This document shows, piece after piece, positions 48,170 through 57,393 of a stretch of DNA of 64,000 nucleotides. This DNA is from a candidate division FCPU426 bacterium (GTDB taxonomy: Bacteria > Oederibacteriota > Muellerivitia > Muellerivitales > Muellerivitaceae), in the NCBI GenBank assembly GCA_963796105.1, contig CAWCKJ010000004.1, positions 160,001-224,000 of the forward strand, given 5' to 3'. The notes beneath the pieces were generated by a model, which was not told where the DNA came from, searched no databases, and saw nothing but the letters and a program-made list of their open reading frames with translations. Each line of letters starts with the position of its first letter. Position 1 is the first letter of the stretch. The position numbers were made by a program, and so were the translations under genes.

Positions 48170-50158
48170 ATGAAAAGGATGATCAAGTTGTTCCTCCTCC
48201 TTCTTCTCTTCATGGGCCCTTCCTATTTGAGTGCTCAGACTCCGGTTGTTTCAATCAACGTTGACTCCTCCGTGACCCTCAACAGTTTCCGCCCCATCAG
48301 TATTTTCGGGAACAACACCAACGGCTGGGCCAGCCCTGTGCCGGTCAAGGACAAGATCCAAGCGGCCGGCAACTTTCTCCTTCGTTATCCCGGCGGCTCT
48401 TGGGGGGATATTTTCCATTGGAACGGAACAGGTTCCTTCAACAAGGAAGGCTGCTGGGTACCGGACAACAAGGAATACTCCCCAAGCTTTATCGAGCCAG
48501 AGGATGGCTCCACCTATTGCTCACGCAAAGCCATTGATGGGGACAAATCCACCGCTTGGCGTTCCAACCCGGATACCGACTTTCCCCAAGCCCAATGCTT
48601 GATCCTGGACCTCGGGGAGAAAAAATCCGTGGACGCGGTGACTCTGTCCTGGGGCGACGTAGCCAACAAGGACTGGCCTTACGCTAAAAAGTTCACCATC
48701 CAATATTGGGATCCCAAGGAAGGCCGGCAATGGATGCCTTATGGCGCCGAGAAGAACGCCTGGCTAGATACCACCGCATTGGACACGATTGGAAACAAAG
48801 GCGCCCAGGACGTGACCTTTGAACCGGTTACAACCCAATATTTAAGGATTTTAATGACTGAAAGCTCCGCGGGAAAAACAGGCGCTTATTCCGTGGCTGA
48901 GGTTAAGGCATTTTCCTCCGGATCGGATCTTTCTATTGCTAAAGACGGGGCCATCGCCTCCAGCACTCACCCCGCCTCTGAACGCAGTCCCCGAAAAATC
49001 TTTGGGTTCGAGGAATACATGGATTTCATGAATTCCCTCACCCCTAAAGGAATACCCCTGATCATCGTGAATTTCGGTACAGGCACTCCCCAAGAAGCCG
49101 CGTCCTGGGTCCACTACGCCAACCGCGTGAAACATTACGGCATCAAGTATTGGGAAATCGGAAATGAGATGGGTGGGCATTGGGAGGCCGGAGGGCCAGT
49201 CAACATCCAGGATTACGCCAGGCGGTATATCGAGTTTTATGAGGCCATGAAGGCTGAGGACCCCACCATCACCCTGGTGGCCCAGACCGGCGCCACAGAC
49301 TCCTCGGAACTTTATGACGGTAATTTATGTCTTCAGGATTTCGTGGATCGCCTGGCGAAAGATAAAAAAGAAAAATATCTCGAATGCTTCTCGATCCACC
49401 AATATCCCAATTGGGGACAGTCGGTACGGGATTTGCTGAATTCCCCGAAATCGGGAATGGATGACCTGGAAAAATCCATCCAAAAGCAACTCGCGGCCTA
49501 TCCTTCCCTGGCGAATGTCCCTGTTTGGATCAGTGAGTTCAACACCTCGGATCATGTCACGCCCGGGGACATTTCGGTTCACTTGGAAAATGGTCTGTGG
49601 CTAGCCCAGTATCTGGTGGAATTCATCCGTCACTTTGGAAGCCGGGGCTATGCCACCCTTTGGGACACCTTGAACGGTGGGAGCGCGATAAAGGATCCTA
49701 AAGGCGGTGACCATGGATACTTGCAGGCGGAGGAGGGCCCATACCAATACCAGGAGCGCGCCGATTACTGGACCATGAAGATGATGACCAATGATTGGTC
49801 CAAGCCGGGTGATGACCAGATCCATCAAATGGTGGACGCCCAAAGTTCCGAACCCTTTTTGGCGACTTACGCTGATTACAGGCCGGACGGCACCCTAAGC
49901 CTTTTAGTGATAAACAAGAGCCAGGACACGGCCTTTAAATCCTCGATCAACCTGAAAAATTTCAAACCCAACCCCAAAGCCAAGGGCTGGAGTTTTAATA
50001 AAACCAACTATATTTGGGAAACTGAAGTCTTGCCTTACCATGCCGACCCCGATGAACCGCCAAAATCGTTTAATCTGCATGGCGGAACCAATGGTTTTAA
50101 TTGCGATTTCCCTGCTTATTCCATTACAGTACTTCAATTCAACCCTGAGAAACCATGA
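48170..50158 (+). CDS. Secreted clan GH-A glycoside hydrolase (GH51-like) with inserted F5/8 type C (CBM32-like) domain
   Basis: Signal peptide; LLRYPGGSWGDIFHW, IVNFGTGTPQEAASWV, YWEIGNE, VWISEFN; insert AIDGDKSTAWRS..LILDLGE..TQYLRI..SVAEV. Confidence 0.75.
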   Translation: MKRMIKLFLLLLLFMGPSYLSAQTPVVSINVDSSVTLNSFRPISIFGNNTNGWASPVPVKDKIQAAGNFLLRYPGGSWGDIFHWNGTGSFNKEGCWVPDNKEYSPSFIEPEDGSTYCSRKAIDGDKSTAWRSNPDTDFPQAQCLILDLGEKKSVDAVTLSWGDVANKDWPYAKKFTIQYWDPKEGRQWMPYGAEKNAWLDTTALDTIGNKGAQDVTFEPVTTQYLRILMTESSAGKTGAYSVAEVKAFSSGSDLSIAKDGAIASSTHPASERSPRKIFGFEEYMDFMNSLTPKGIPLIIVNFGTGTPQEAASWVHYANRVKHYGIKYWEIGNEMGGHWEAGGPVNIQDYARRYIEFYEAMKAEDPTITLVAQTGATDSSELYDGNLCLQDFVDRLAKDKKEKYLECFSIHQYPNWGQSVRDLLNSPKSGMDDLEKSIQKQLAAYPSLANVPVWISEFNTSDHVTPGDISVHLENGLWLAQYLVEFIRHFGSRGYATLWDTLNGGSAIKDPKGGDHGYLQAEEGPYQYQERADYWTMKMMTNDWSKPGDDQIHQMVDAQSSEPFLATYADYRPDGTLSLLVINKSQDTAFKSSINLKNFKPNPKAKGWSFNKTNYIWETEVLPYHADPDEPPKSFNLHGGTNGFNCDFPAYSITVLQFNPEKP

Positions 50159-50242
50159 ATTATGAGATGGGATAGACTTAATTAAATATGAGTAGGTGTA
50201 TAATTTATATTCTAAATGGATGAATCCGAAGGAGGAGTAAAG

Positions 50243-51649
50243 ATGAAGCAATTGACTTTGATGGTACCGGTTTTATTCTTGTTTTTACTAGGGGTTTGGA
50301 TCTCCTCCGAAGGATGCCACCAAGTGGTTTCTCCGACTTTGCCCGCGACAAAAACTTTTACTCCTACAGTTACAACTTCGCCCACCAGGACCCCCACAAT
50401 AACACAGACCAATACCCAGACACCGACCTCAACACCAACACCCACGAACAGTCCGACCCCTTGGCCGACTGGCGTGCCCACCAACACTTTCACCGACACA
50501 CCCACGCCTACGCAAACCCCGACTAATACGCTGACTCCGACGATTACCCTTACGCCTACCATCACCCTTACACCTACCATCACGAGTACCCCATCTTGCG
50601 CGGGGGTCAATTTCCAAGCCACCTATACTTTCGAATCCTCCACTGATTGTTGGTCGGTTGTGACAGCAAACGGCGGGCCGGCAAGCATCATTCTCGGTTA
50701 CGGACTTTCTACGGCGCAACACCATGGCGGAAACAGTTCTTTCGCCGTGACCATCAACAATACCACCGCATCGACCCAAAGCATTAACTTGGTTCTCAAT
50801 TACGCATCGGCCCAGAATTTCGGTGGAGCAACCATTGTTTTTAATTGCTACTTGGATACTACATTAGCAGGTTGCGGGGCCATCCAACCGGCTGATACCA
50901 ATCCCGGTTGTGGATGGGATAACGCTTGGAAAGGAGGCCCAGGCACTGGTTCCTGGTTCCCTGTCACTTTGTTGCCATCCGCGGCAGGGTGTAGCGGAGC
51001 TTCCCAGCCCGCTTCCGTCATGGGACTTTATTTGCAGTTGTACAACATTCCCGTTGGCGCTTCCGGCAATTTCTACGTGGATGACATTACCATTACAATT
51101 CCAGCCGGACCCACCCCAACTTTCACATCGACCGCCACTCCTTCAACAGCCAACTCTTTTTATTTTTTAACGAATAATCTTTCGGGTTGGTCTTCCATTC
51201 CGGGTTTTGGATCTCCCGCTACTGCAAACCCAGTGACTCTTTCAAATTTAATCTATGAAACACCGGGTTATGGGGGCACAGATGGTTGCATAGGCGTTAC
51301 TGTGCAATGGAACCAGGCGGGGCAAAGCGAAGAAATACTGTATACTTATGCGTCAAATACCAGCTGGACAAGCTTAAATCTGGTGGGCTTCCGGGCTTGG
51401 GTCAACAGCAACCCCGTTATCTCGAATAACGCGGGAGCCCTGCTTTTCGTTAATGGTAGCGGCGGCTGGACTCAAGGAACTTACACCGATTTAGGAACGG
51501 CTAATACTTGGGTTCAGTTGAACTTACCGCTTCCCAATGGTTACGATGCCACCGGGGTCCAAGTATTCGGAGTACAATTCCAATCCGGGGGTGGTTCAAC
51601 CTCCTGGAATACTAGTACCGAATTCTTGGATAACGTGGAACTTTACTAA
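50243..51649 (+). CDS. Probable lipoprotein with Pro/Thr linker and two CBM-like jelly-roll domains
   Basis: AAGGAGGAG RBS before ATG 50243; hydrophobic leader ending SEGC; TPT repeats; domains end FYVDDITI and FLDNVELY. Confidence 0.7.
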   Translation: MKQLTLMVPVLFLFLLGVWISSEGCHQVVSPTLPATKTFTPTVTTSPTRTPTITQTNTQTPTSTPTPTNSPTPWPTGVPTNTFTDTPTPTQTPTNTLTPTITLTPTITLTPTITSTPSCAGVNFQATYTFESSTDCWSVVTANGGPASIILGYGLSTAQHHGGNSSFAVTINNTTASTQSINLVLNYASAQNFGGATIVFNCYLDTTLAGCGAIQPADTNPGCGWDNAWKGGPGTGSWFPVTLLPSAAGCSGASQPASVMGLYLQLYNIPVGASGNFYVDDITITIPAGPTPTFTSTATPSTANSFYFLTNNLSGWSSIPGFGSPATANPVTLSNLIYETPGYGGTDGCIGVTVQWNQAGQSEEILYTYASNTSWTSLNLVGFRAWVNSNPVISNNAGALLFVNGSGGWTQGTYTDLGTANTWVQLNLPLPNGYDATGVQVFGVQFQSGGGSTSWNTSTEFLDNVELY

Positions 51650-51657
51650 GAATTTAC

Positions 51658-51692
51658 AAAAAAGCCTCGCCTTAAAAAGGCGAAGCTTTTTT
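51658..51692. terminator. Bidirectional intrinsic terminator between convergent genes
   Basis: AAAAAAGCCTCGCCTT-aaa-AAGGCGAAGCTTTTTT. Confidence 0.75.
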
Positions 51693-51718
51693 TATCTCCG
51701 GACACCGCTTAACGATCT

Positions 51719-54433
51719 CTAATTCTTATTAGAACTAAATTCCATTTTGGCCGACTTTAGCCCTTTCGCCTTTGCGGCAAGGGTAATCTTCCCCGGCTTT
51801 TCCCCAGCCCCCATATAAACCGCGCAGAGACCGTTGAAGGCCTTCCTCTTATTGGATTTGTCAGGCTCGTGGCTGGAAGGGTCTCCGTTGCCGACCCCCG
51901 CGATCCGGCCTTGCCCCCGCACCTGGAAATGAACCTCGTTGTCAGCCGTCGGGACCAATCGCCCCTTCGCGTCGAGGATTTCGACCGTCACCGGCGTTAC
52001 ATCTTCCCCATCCGCCATGAGTTCTTTGCAATAGGGGGTCAGCCTAATGGCTGCCGCGGGACCGGTGGTTTCCACCCTTGTTTCCTCGGCAAATATCCCT
52101 TTCCGGTATGCTTTCGCGGTTAATATCCCTGGCTCGTACCAGACCTTCCATTCCAAGTGCCCGTTTCGAGACATTTCCTTGATTCCCTTGGATTTGCCGT
52201 TGAGGAAAAGTTCCACTTGGTCGTGGTTCGTGTGGCACCAGACGTCAATTTGATTCCCTTCCATACCCTTCCAATTCCAATGGGGGAACAGGTGCAAGAC
52301 GGGTTTGTCCCCCCACCAGGCCCGGTAATAATGGAAGTTATCCTTGGGAAAACCGCATATATCAATTATCCCGAAATGGGAGTTGATGCAGGGCCAGCCA
52401 TAGGGGGTGGGTTCGCCCTTGTAGTCGAATCCCGTCCAAATATAAACACCGGCCATATGGGACCGGTCAGCCGCTACCCTCCAAGCGTTCTCGGCGGGCG
52501 ATGACCACTCGGTATGGTTCACATCGTAGGCGCTCACATAACCCTTTTTCCGGTCAGTTTGGTAAATCCCCCTGGTCGAGACGGTACTGGCCGTCTCGCT
52601 TCCGAACATGGGCATGCGCGGGAATTTTTTCCGGAAGGGATCATATTGTAGGATGTTGTAGTTGAAGCCTTGTACGTCTACCACGTGTGTCAACCCTTCC
52701 CCCCAGCCTCCGTTCATGGCGCAGGTGATGGGCCGGGTCTTGTCGAATTTCAGAAGGATTTTCCTCATGGCCAGGCCCATCTTCCTGCCCTCTTCCTTGC
52801 CTTGCTTCCCTTCCTCGTTGCAGAGGGACCAGGCGATGATGGAAGGGTGGTTCCGGTCCCGGAGCACCATGCTGGTGACCTGCGATAGGATTTCCGGCGA
52901 GTCCCCCAAGCGGCGGTTCTCATCCAAGACGAGCATGCCTAACCGGTCGCACTCCTCCAGAAGTTCCGGGGCAGGCGGATTATGGGAACAGCGGTAGGAA
53001 TTGGAGCCCATTTCCTTGAGCTTTTCCAGCCGGTAGGTGAAAAGCCGGTCAGGCAAGGCGACTCCCACCCCGGCGTGGTCCTGGTGATTGCAGGTTCCCT
53101 TGAGCAGGACGTGTTTTCCATTCAGGAAAAAACCCTTGTCCTTATCGAAGCGGATGGACCGCACTCCGAAGGAAGTCTCCACCCTGTCCACCAAACGGCC
53201 GTCCCTTTCCACCTTCGTCACCAACTTATATAAATAAGGATTTTCCAAAGACCAAAGAAATGGGTTGGCGATGTCTCCCTTTTGAACGATTTCCTTTCGC
53301 CCGCCTTGAGGAATTTTTACCTGGCTGTAAAGCTTGAGGACTTTATTCCCCTTAGTGTCCATGATTTCCGAGGTCAATCGAAAGGAAGAAGCGGCTTGGG
53401 CCTTATTGGTGACTGCGGTTTGAATGGAAAGATCCGCCTTGGTTCCTTTTGGTTTCGAAACCACGTAAACTCCCCAGGGTTCCACGTACAGGGGATCGGC
53501 CTTGTTAAGCCAGACATGCCGGTAGATACCCCCTCCCTCATACCACCAGCCCTCATGGCCCCGCGCGTCCACTCTTACCGCCAGGACGTTCCTTCCGCCA
53601 TACATCACCTCGTCCGTGATATCGAACCGGAAGCTGGTATAGCCGCTCCGGTGGCGTCCCAGCAGTCGGCCATTCAGCCAGACCCGGCAGTTACGGAACA
53701 CCCCGTCGAAATCAATCCAAAGGCTTCTGCCCCGGTCCTCTTCCGGGACCTCGAAAGTCTTCCGGTACCAGCCGATGTCCTTGGGGAGATAGCCATGGGC
53801 GGGGTCGTCGGTTTTCCGGTCGAATTTCCCTTCCACCACGAAATCATGGGGCAGGTGGACATTCCTCCATCCTTGGTCTTTGAAATGATAGGAAGCCGGC
53901 CCTTGCCAGGTGGCCGGAGGCACGGGAAGCTCCAAATCGGCGCCTCCAATAAAGCCGTGGCCCCAGTAGCTTTTCACCAGGACAGCCAAATGGTTGGGCC
54001 CGCCCTCTTTCCAGGCTGAGTCCAATGGAACATCAAAAGGGTCGGTCCACAACTCGTGATGCAGAAGCTCCCGGCCGTTAAGATAGATGGTGCCGTCGTT
54101 GTTGATGGAGACGAAATGAAGCGTCCGGTTGGGGCCGGGAATTTCCGGCAGGAGGGTCCGGTACCAGGCAAAACCCTTTTTTTTATCGAAGGCATCCTTC
54201 CATGGCCGGATGGTCTTCCAGTTCCGGTCCGGAAAACCCGGGGCCGCCATTTTAAGATTTTTCGGTTCTTCCTCCCCGATTAACTGGTAGCGCCAATTCC
54301 TGATGGGAATGGAATAGGGATAACCCGGCAAATCCCCCAGGTGGAACCGCCAGTCGGAATCGAACCTCAACCGTTCCCTTGCCATTGATTTTGTGGCCGC
54401 TTTTTTCCGTGTCATAAAACCTCTAAAATTCAT
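51719..54433 (-). CDS. GH2 beta-galactosidase-like enzyme (DUF4982 type), cytoplasmic, with an extra nested jelly-roll domain
   Basis: WRNVHLPHDF, GWYRKTF, FDGVF, WWYEGGGIYRHVWL, GTCNHQDHAG, RCSHNPP, RDRNHPSIIAWSLCNE, FGSE, WTGFDYKGEP, GVGNGDP. Confidence 0.92.
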   Translation of the reverse strand: MNFRGFMTRKKAATKSMARERLRFDSDWRFHLGDLPGYPYSIPIRNWRYQLIGEEEPKNLKMAAPGFPDRNWKTIRPWKDAFDKKKGFAWYRTLLPEIPGPNRTLHFVSINNDGTIYLNGRELLHHELWTDPFDVPLDSAWKEGGPNHLAVLVKSYWGHGFIGGADLELPVPPATWQGPASYHFKDQGWRNVHLPHDFVVEGKFDRKTDDPAHGYLPKDIGWYRKTFEVPEEDRGRSLWIDFDGVFRNCRVWLNGRLLGRHRSGYTSFRFDITDEVMYGGRNVLAVRVDARGHEGWWYEGGGIYRHVWLNKADPLYVEPWGVYVVSKPKGTKADLSIQTAVTNKAQAASSFRLTSEIMDTKGNKVLKLYSQVKIPQGGRKEIVQKGDIANPFLWSLENPYLYKLVTKVERDGRLVDRVETSFGVRSIRFDKDKGFFLNGKHVLLKGTCNHQDHAGVGVALPDRLFTYRLEKLKEMGSNSYRCSHNPPAPELLEECDRLGMLVLDENRRLGDSPEILSQVTSMVLRDRNHPSIIAWSLCNEEGKQGKEEGRKMGLAMRKILLKFDKTRPITCAMNGGWGEGLTHVVDVQGFNYNILQYDPFRKKFPRMPMFGSETASTVSTRGIYQTDRKKGYVSAYDVNHTEWSSPAENAWRVAADRSHMAGVYIWTGFDYKGEPTPYGWPCINSHFGIIDICGFPKDNFHYYRAWWGDKPVLHLFPHWNWKGMEGNQIDVWCHTNHDQVELFLNGKSKGIKEMSRNGHLEWKVWYEPGILTAKAYRKGIFAEETRVETTGPAAAIRLTPYCKELMADGEDVTPVTVEILDAKGRLVPTADNEVHFQVRGQGRIAGVGNGDPSSHEPDKSNKRKAFNGLCAVYMGAGEKPGKITLAAKAKGLKSAKMEFSSNKN

Positions 54434-54564
54434 TAAAAGTTATCTAGAAGGATTGGTAGTTTATATAAAAGACCTGAGTTTTACCCTGACAAAAATTTCC
54501 TAAATAACTTCTATTACCTTTTAAAATACCTGTCTAGTTAACTAGAATTATTTGCTCTAAACAA

Positions 54565-54598
54565 TGAAACAACATGAAATAAGTTTCATATATTTCAA
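54565..54598. promoter_or_regulatory. Putative transcription-factor operator, copy 2
   Basis: TGAAAC-aaca-TGAAAT-a-AGTTT-c-AT-ata-TTTCAA between the divergent GH2 and GH44 genes. Confidence 0.65.
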
Positions 54599-54674
54599 TT
54601 ACGCTACCCAGTTTAACTTCCCGGCATTCGAACCCATTCTCGCATTCCCATTTATAGTTTGGCCTCCTTTTGCC

Positions 54675-54683
54675 TGCTATAAT
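54675..54683 (+). promoter_or_regulatory. Extended -10 promoter element for the GH44 gene
   Basis: TGcTATAAT 32 nt upstream of ATG 54716, with AAGGAG RBS in between. Confidence 0.55.
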
Positions 54684-54715
54684 GCCGCTTCATCCCAACC
54701 CAAGGAGTCCTTTTC

Positions 54716-57304
54716 ATGCGTAAAATCCTTTTTTCATTCATAGCCGTCCTCATGATCCTGCCCAGTCTGGTCCGGGCGGATGAGGACATCGCCTTCTTCG
54801 GCCCCTGCTGGGCCGACGCCTCCGGCAAGGACGGCAAGGGCGGGGTCAGCATCCTTTGCGTGGGCGACCAGCACAAGTTCGTCCTGCGCCCCGATGTCGG
54901 CAAGGAAAAGATCGATCCCAAAACAATCGGGGACCATCCCGAATGGGTGATTTACGACGGGGAGGACTCCGGCAACTGCCTGTCCTTCGAGTTCGTTTCC
55001 GTCACCAGCGCCACTGACCAGTTCTGGGGTAAGCGTTGGGCGGGCGGCGGCATCGCCTTCAATAACTCCTGGGCTCCCATGGACCTCTCCCAGGCAAAGT
55101 ACATTGTGCTTTACGCCAGGTCCAACGACCCGGATATCGACATGAACCTGGCCGTGATCGGCAGCACGGATTCCTCCGCCACCGGCACCGTGAAACTTTC
55201 CGATTTCGCGGAGGGCCATAAAATCGCCGAGACCTGGACCAGGGTGGTCATTCCCTTCGCCTCGATCCCGGACCTCGCCAAGCTGGACGCCTCCCAAGTC
55301 AAGACCCTCCGTTTCGACCTGGCCGGAAGCTACCCGGACAACAAACCGGTTTACGTGCATCTGGATAAGATCTACTTCACGAACGCCCAACTCGTCACTC
55401 CAGTGGAGAACCTGGGCTGGCTGAGGGTGCCTGGCGGCGTGGAGGTGGTCTGGGACAAGTCCAACGACGAGGGCATCGAGAAATATTTGGTGACGGTGGA
55501 CGGAAAAGCGGCGGGACGGGTGGAAGGCGCCGCTAAAAGGAAGGTGAAGTTACCCCTTTCAGTCCTTCCAGGCACAGGCTCCCATGTGGTGGGTGTTGCC
55601 GCCTCCACGGGCAAACAGAATTCTTCCTATCAAACCGTAACTGTCACCGCGGCCCCCTCTGCCTCCGCGAAGGCCCAAGTGACCCTTTCCGGCGAGCTGG
55701 GCCACGCCATTTCCCCCTATATCTTCGGGTTCAATTACATGGCCCCCGGGAGCCTCAAGAAAGCCGGCGGGACCTTGAACCGGTGGGGGGGCAACGCCAC
55801 CACCAATTACAACTGGAAAGAGGATGCGGATAACCGCGGCGCCGACTGGTACTTCCTCAACACCTCCAAGGCGGATCCCGGCGCTCCCGAAAAGGACAAG
55901 CAATATTACAAATTCATCGAGGACACCTACAAGGGCGGTGCCGACCCCATCCTGACCATCCCCATCATCGGATGGGTAGCCAAGGCTCCCCCGAAAAACG
56001 GCCCTGAACTCTGCTCCTTCCCCACTGCCAAATACCCGAACCAGACCGGAAGCGACGGCCAGGGCGCGGGCAACGGCCAATTGCCCGGCAACAAACTCAT
56101 CTGGGACAACGACCCCAACTACAATTACGTCAAATCGGACCCGGCTTTCATGAAGGAATGGGTGGAGGCCTGCGTCAAGAATTTCGGCTCCGCCTCAAAG
56201 GGGGGCGTCAAGTTCTACCAGATGGACAACGAGCCGGGGTTGTGGTGCTGGAACCACCGGGATGTGAACCCCAAGGGCATCGGTTATGACGACCTAGTGG
56301 ACCTGAACGCCCAATACGCTGAGGCGGTGAAGTCCGCAGACCCCGACGCGAAAGTCATCGGATTCGTGGCCTGGGGCGCGAAGGAGTTGGCGGGATCCGC
56401 CTGGGACTACATGCCCGGAGGCGAGAAAGGTTACCAACTCGGGGAATCCGGCCTCAAGACCGAGGATCTGCGATGGACCGACCGGAAAGCACATGGGAAC
56501 GTTTCCCAGTTCGAGTATTTCCTCAGCGAGATGGCCAAGCGCTCCAAGAAAGCCGGTAAAAGGCTGATTGATTACGTGGATAACCACGGCTTCCCTGAGG
56601 TCTGGGGCAAGAACGGCAAGGGCGAGAAAGTGAACGTGCTGGGAGATTTCGCCTACGATCCGGTCTTGACCCCCAAGCAGTTCGACGCCTTGAGGATTTT
56701 CTACGACCCGACTTTCGAGAGTCCTGACAGCTGGTGCGCCCTGCCGGAATTGAAACCTTACCTTTGGGACCCCTGGGCCGGATTGATCCCTAAGATGAAG
56801 AAGATCATCGAAAAGACCTACCCAGGCACCAAACTGGCCATGACCGAGTATTACCCCTCCAGCTCGCATTACTATCACGGCGGCCTGCTGGAGGCAGTGA
56901 ACCTGGGCATCTTTATGCGGGAGGGCATGGACCTGGCTTGCGACTGGGGCAACGCCTGGGACGGCAACTATGTCTTCCTCGGACAGAAGCTCTACAGCAA
57001 CTACGACGACAAGGGTTCCAAGGTGGGGGGAAATTACGTGAATTGCACCAGCACTCATCCGGATCTTTATTCCTTCGCGGCCAAGGACAAGGCCAAAACC
57101 TATGTCATCCTGGTCAACAAGAACCACGACACCGACCTGGAGACCGTCGTGACATTGCCGGGCGCATCCACGAGTTATCACGTTTATACGCTGTCGGAGA
57201 CCCTGGGGAAGAGGTTGTTCGACTCGGGTGCCCGCGCGGCGTCAGGCGCGGAGCTGAAGATTGATGTGCCGGCCTTCTCGGCACTCTTGATCGTCGCGGA
57301 ATAA
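54716..57304 (+). CDS. Secreted GH44 endoglucanase/xyloglucanase with N-terminal CBM-like and Fn3-like domains
   Basis: ISPYIFG.N, NRWGGNATTNYNW, ADWYF.N, LTIPIIGWVAK, YQMDNEPGLW..HRDV.P, YPGTKLAMTEY. Confidence 0.88.
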   Translation: MRKILFSFIAVLMILPSLVRADEDIAFFGPCWADASGKDGKGGVSILCVGDQHKFVLRPDVGKEKIDPKTIGDHPEWVIYDGEDSGNCLSFEFVSVTSATDQFWGKRWAGGGIAFNNSWAPMDLSQAKYIVLYARSNDPDIDMNLAVIGSTDSSATGTVKLSDFAEGHKIAETWTRVVIPFASIPDLAKLDASQVKTLRFDLAGSYPDNKPVYVHLDKIYFTNAQLVTPVENLGWLRVPGGVEVVWDKSNDEGIEKYLVTVDGKAAGRVEGAAKRKVKLPLSVLPGTGSHVVGVAASTGKQNSSYQTVTVTAAPSASAKAQVTLSGELGHAISPYIFGFNYMAPGSLKKAGGTLNRWGGNATTNYNWKEDADNRGADWYFLNTSKADPGAPEKDKQYYKFIEDTYKGGADPILTIPIIGWVAKAPPKNGPELCSFPTAKYPNQTGSDGQGAGNGQLPGNKLIWDNDPNYNYVKSDPAFMKEWVEACVKNFGSASKGGVKFYQMDNEPGLWCWNHRDVNPKGIGYDDLVDLNAQYAEAVKSADPDAKVIGFVAWGAKELAGSAWDYMPGGEKGYQLGESGLKTEDLRWTDRKAHGNVSQFEYFLSEMAKRSKKAGKRLIDYVDNHGFPEVWGKNGKGEKVNVLGDFAYDPVLTPKQFDALRIFYDPTFESPDSWCALPELKPYLWDPWAGLIPKMKKIIEKTYPGTKLAMTEYYPSSSHYYHGGLLEAVNLGIFMREGMDLACDWGNAWDGNYVFLGQKLYSNYDDKGSKVGGNYVNCTSTHPDLYSFAAKDKAKTYVILVNKNHDTDLETVVTLPGASTSYHVYTLSETLGKRLFDSGARAASGAELKIDVPAFSALLIVAE

Positions 57305-57350
57305 TCATCCCAAAGAACCGGGTTAAACCCGGCATAAAAGGGTTAGCTTC

Positions 57351-57387
57351 AAAGGGCGGTGAAAAAAATTTCTTTCACCGCCTTTTT
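57351..57387. terminator. Bidirectional terminator
   Basis: AAAGGGCGGTGAAA..TTTCACCGCCTTTT between convergent genes. Confidence 0.7.
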
Positions 57388-57393
57388 GAAAGT

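Noticed and set aside
50212..50622. Val/Gly-rich antisense ORFs (also 58420-58824)
   Set aside because: These are reverse-strand shadows of Thr/Pro linker codons.
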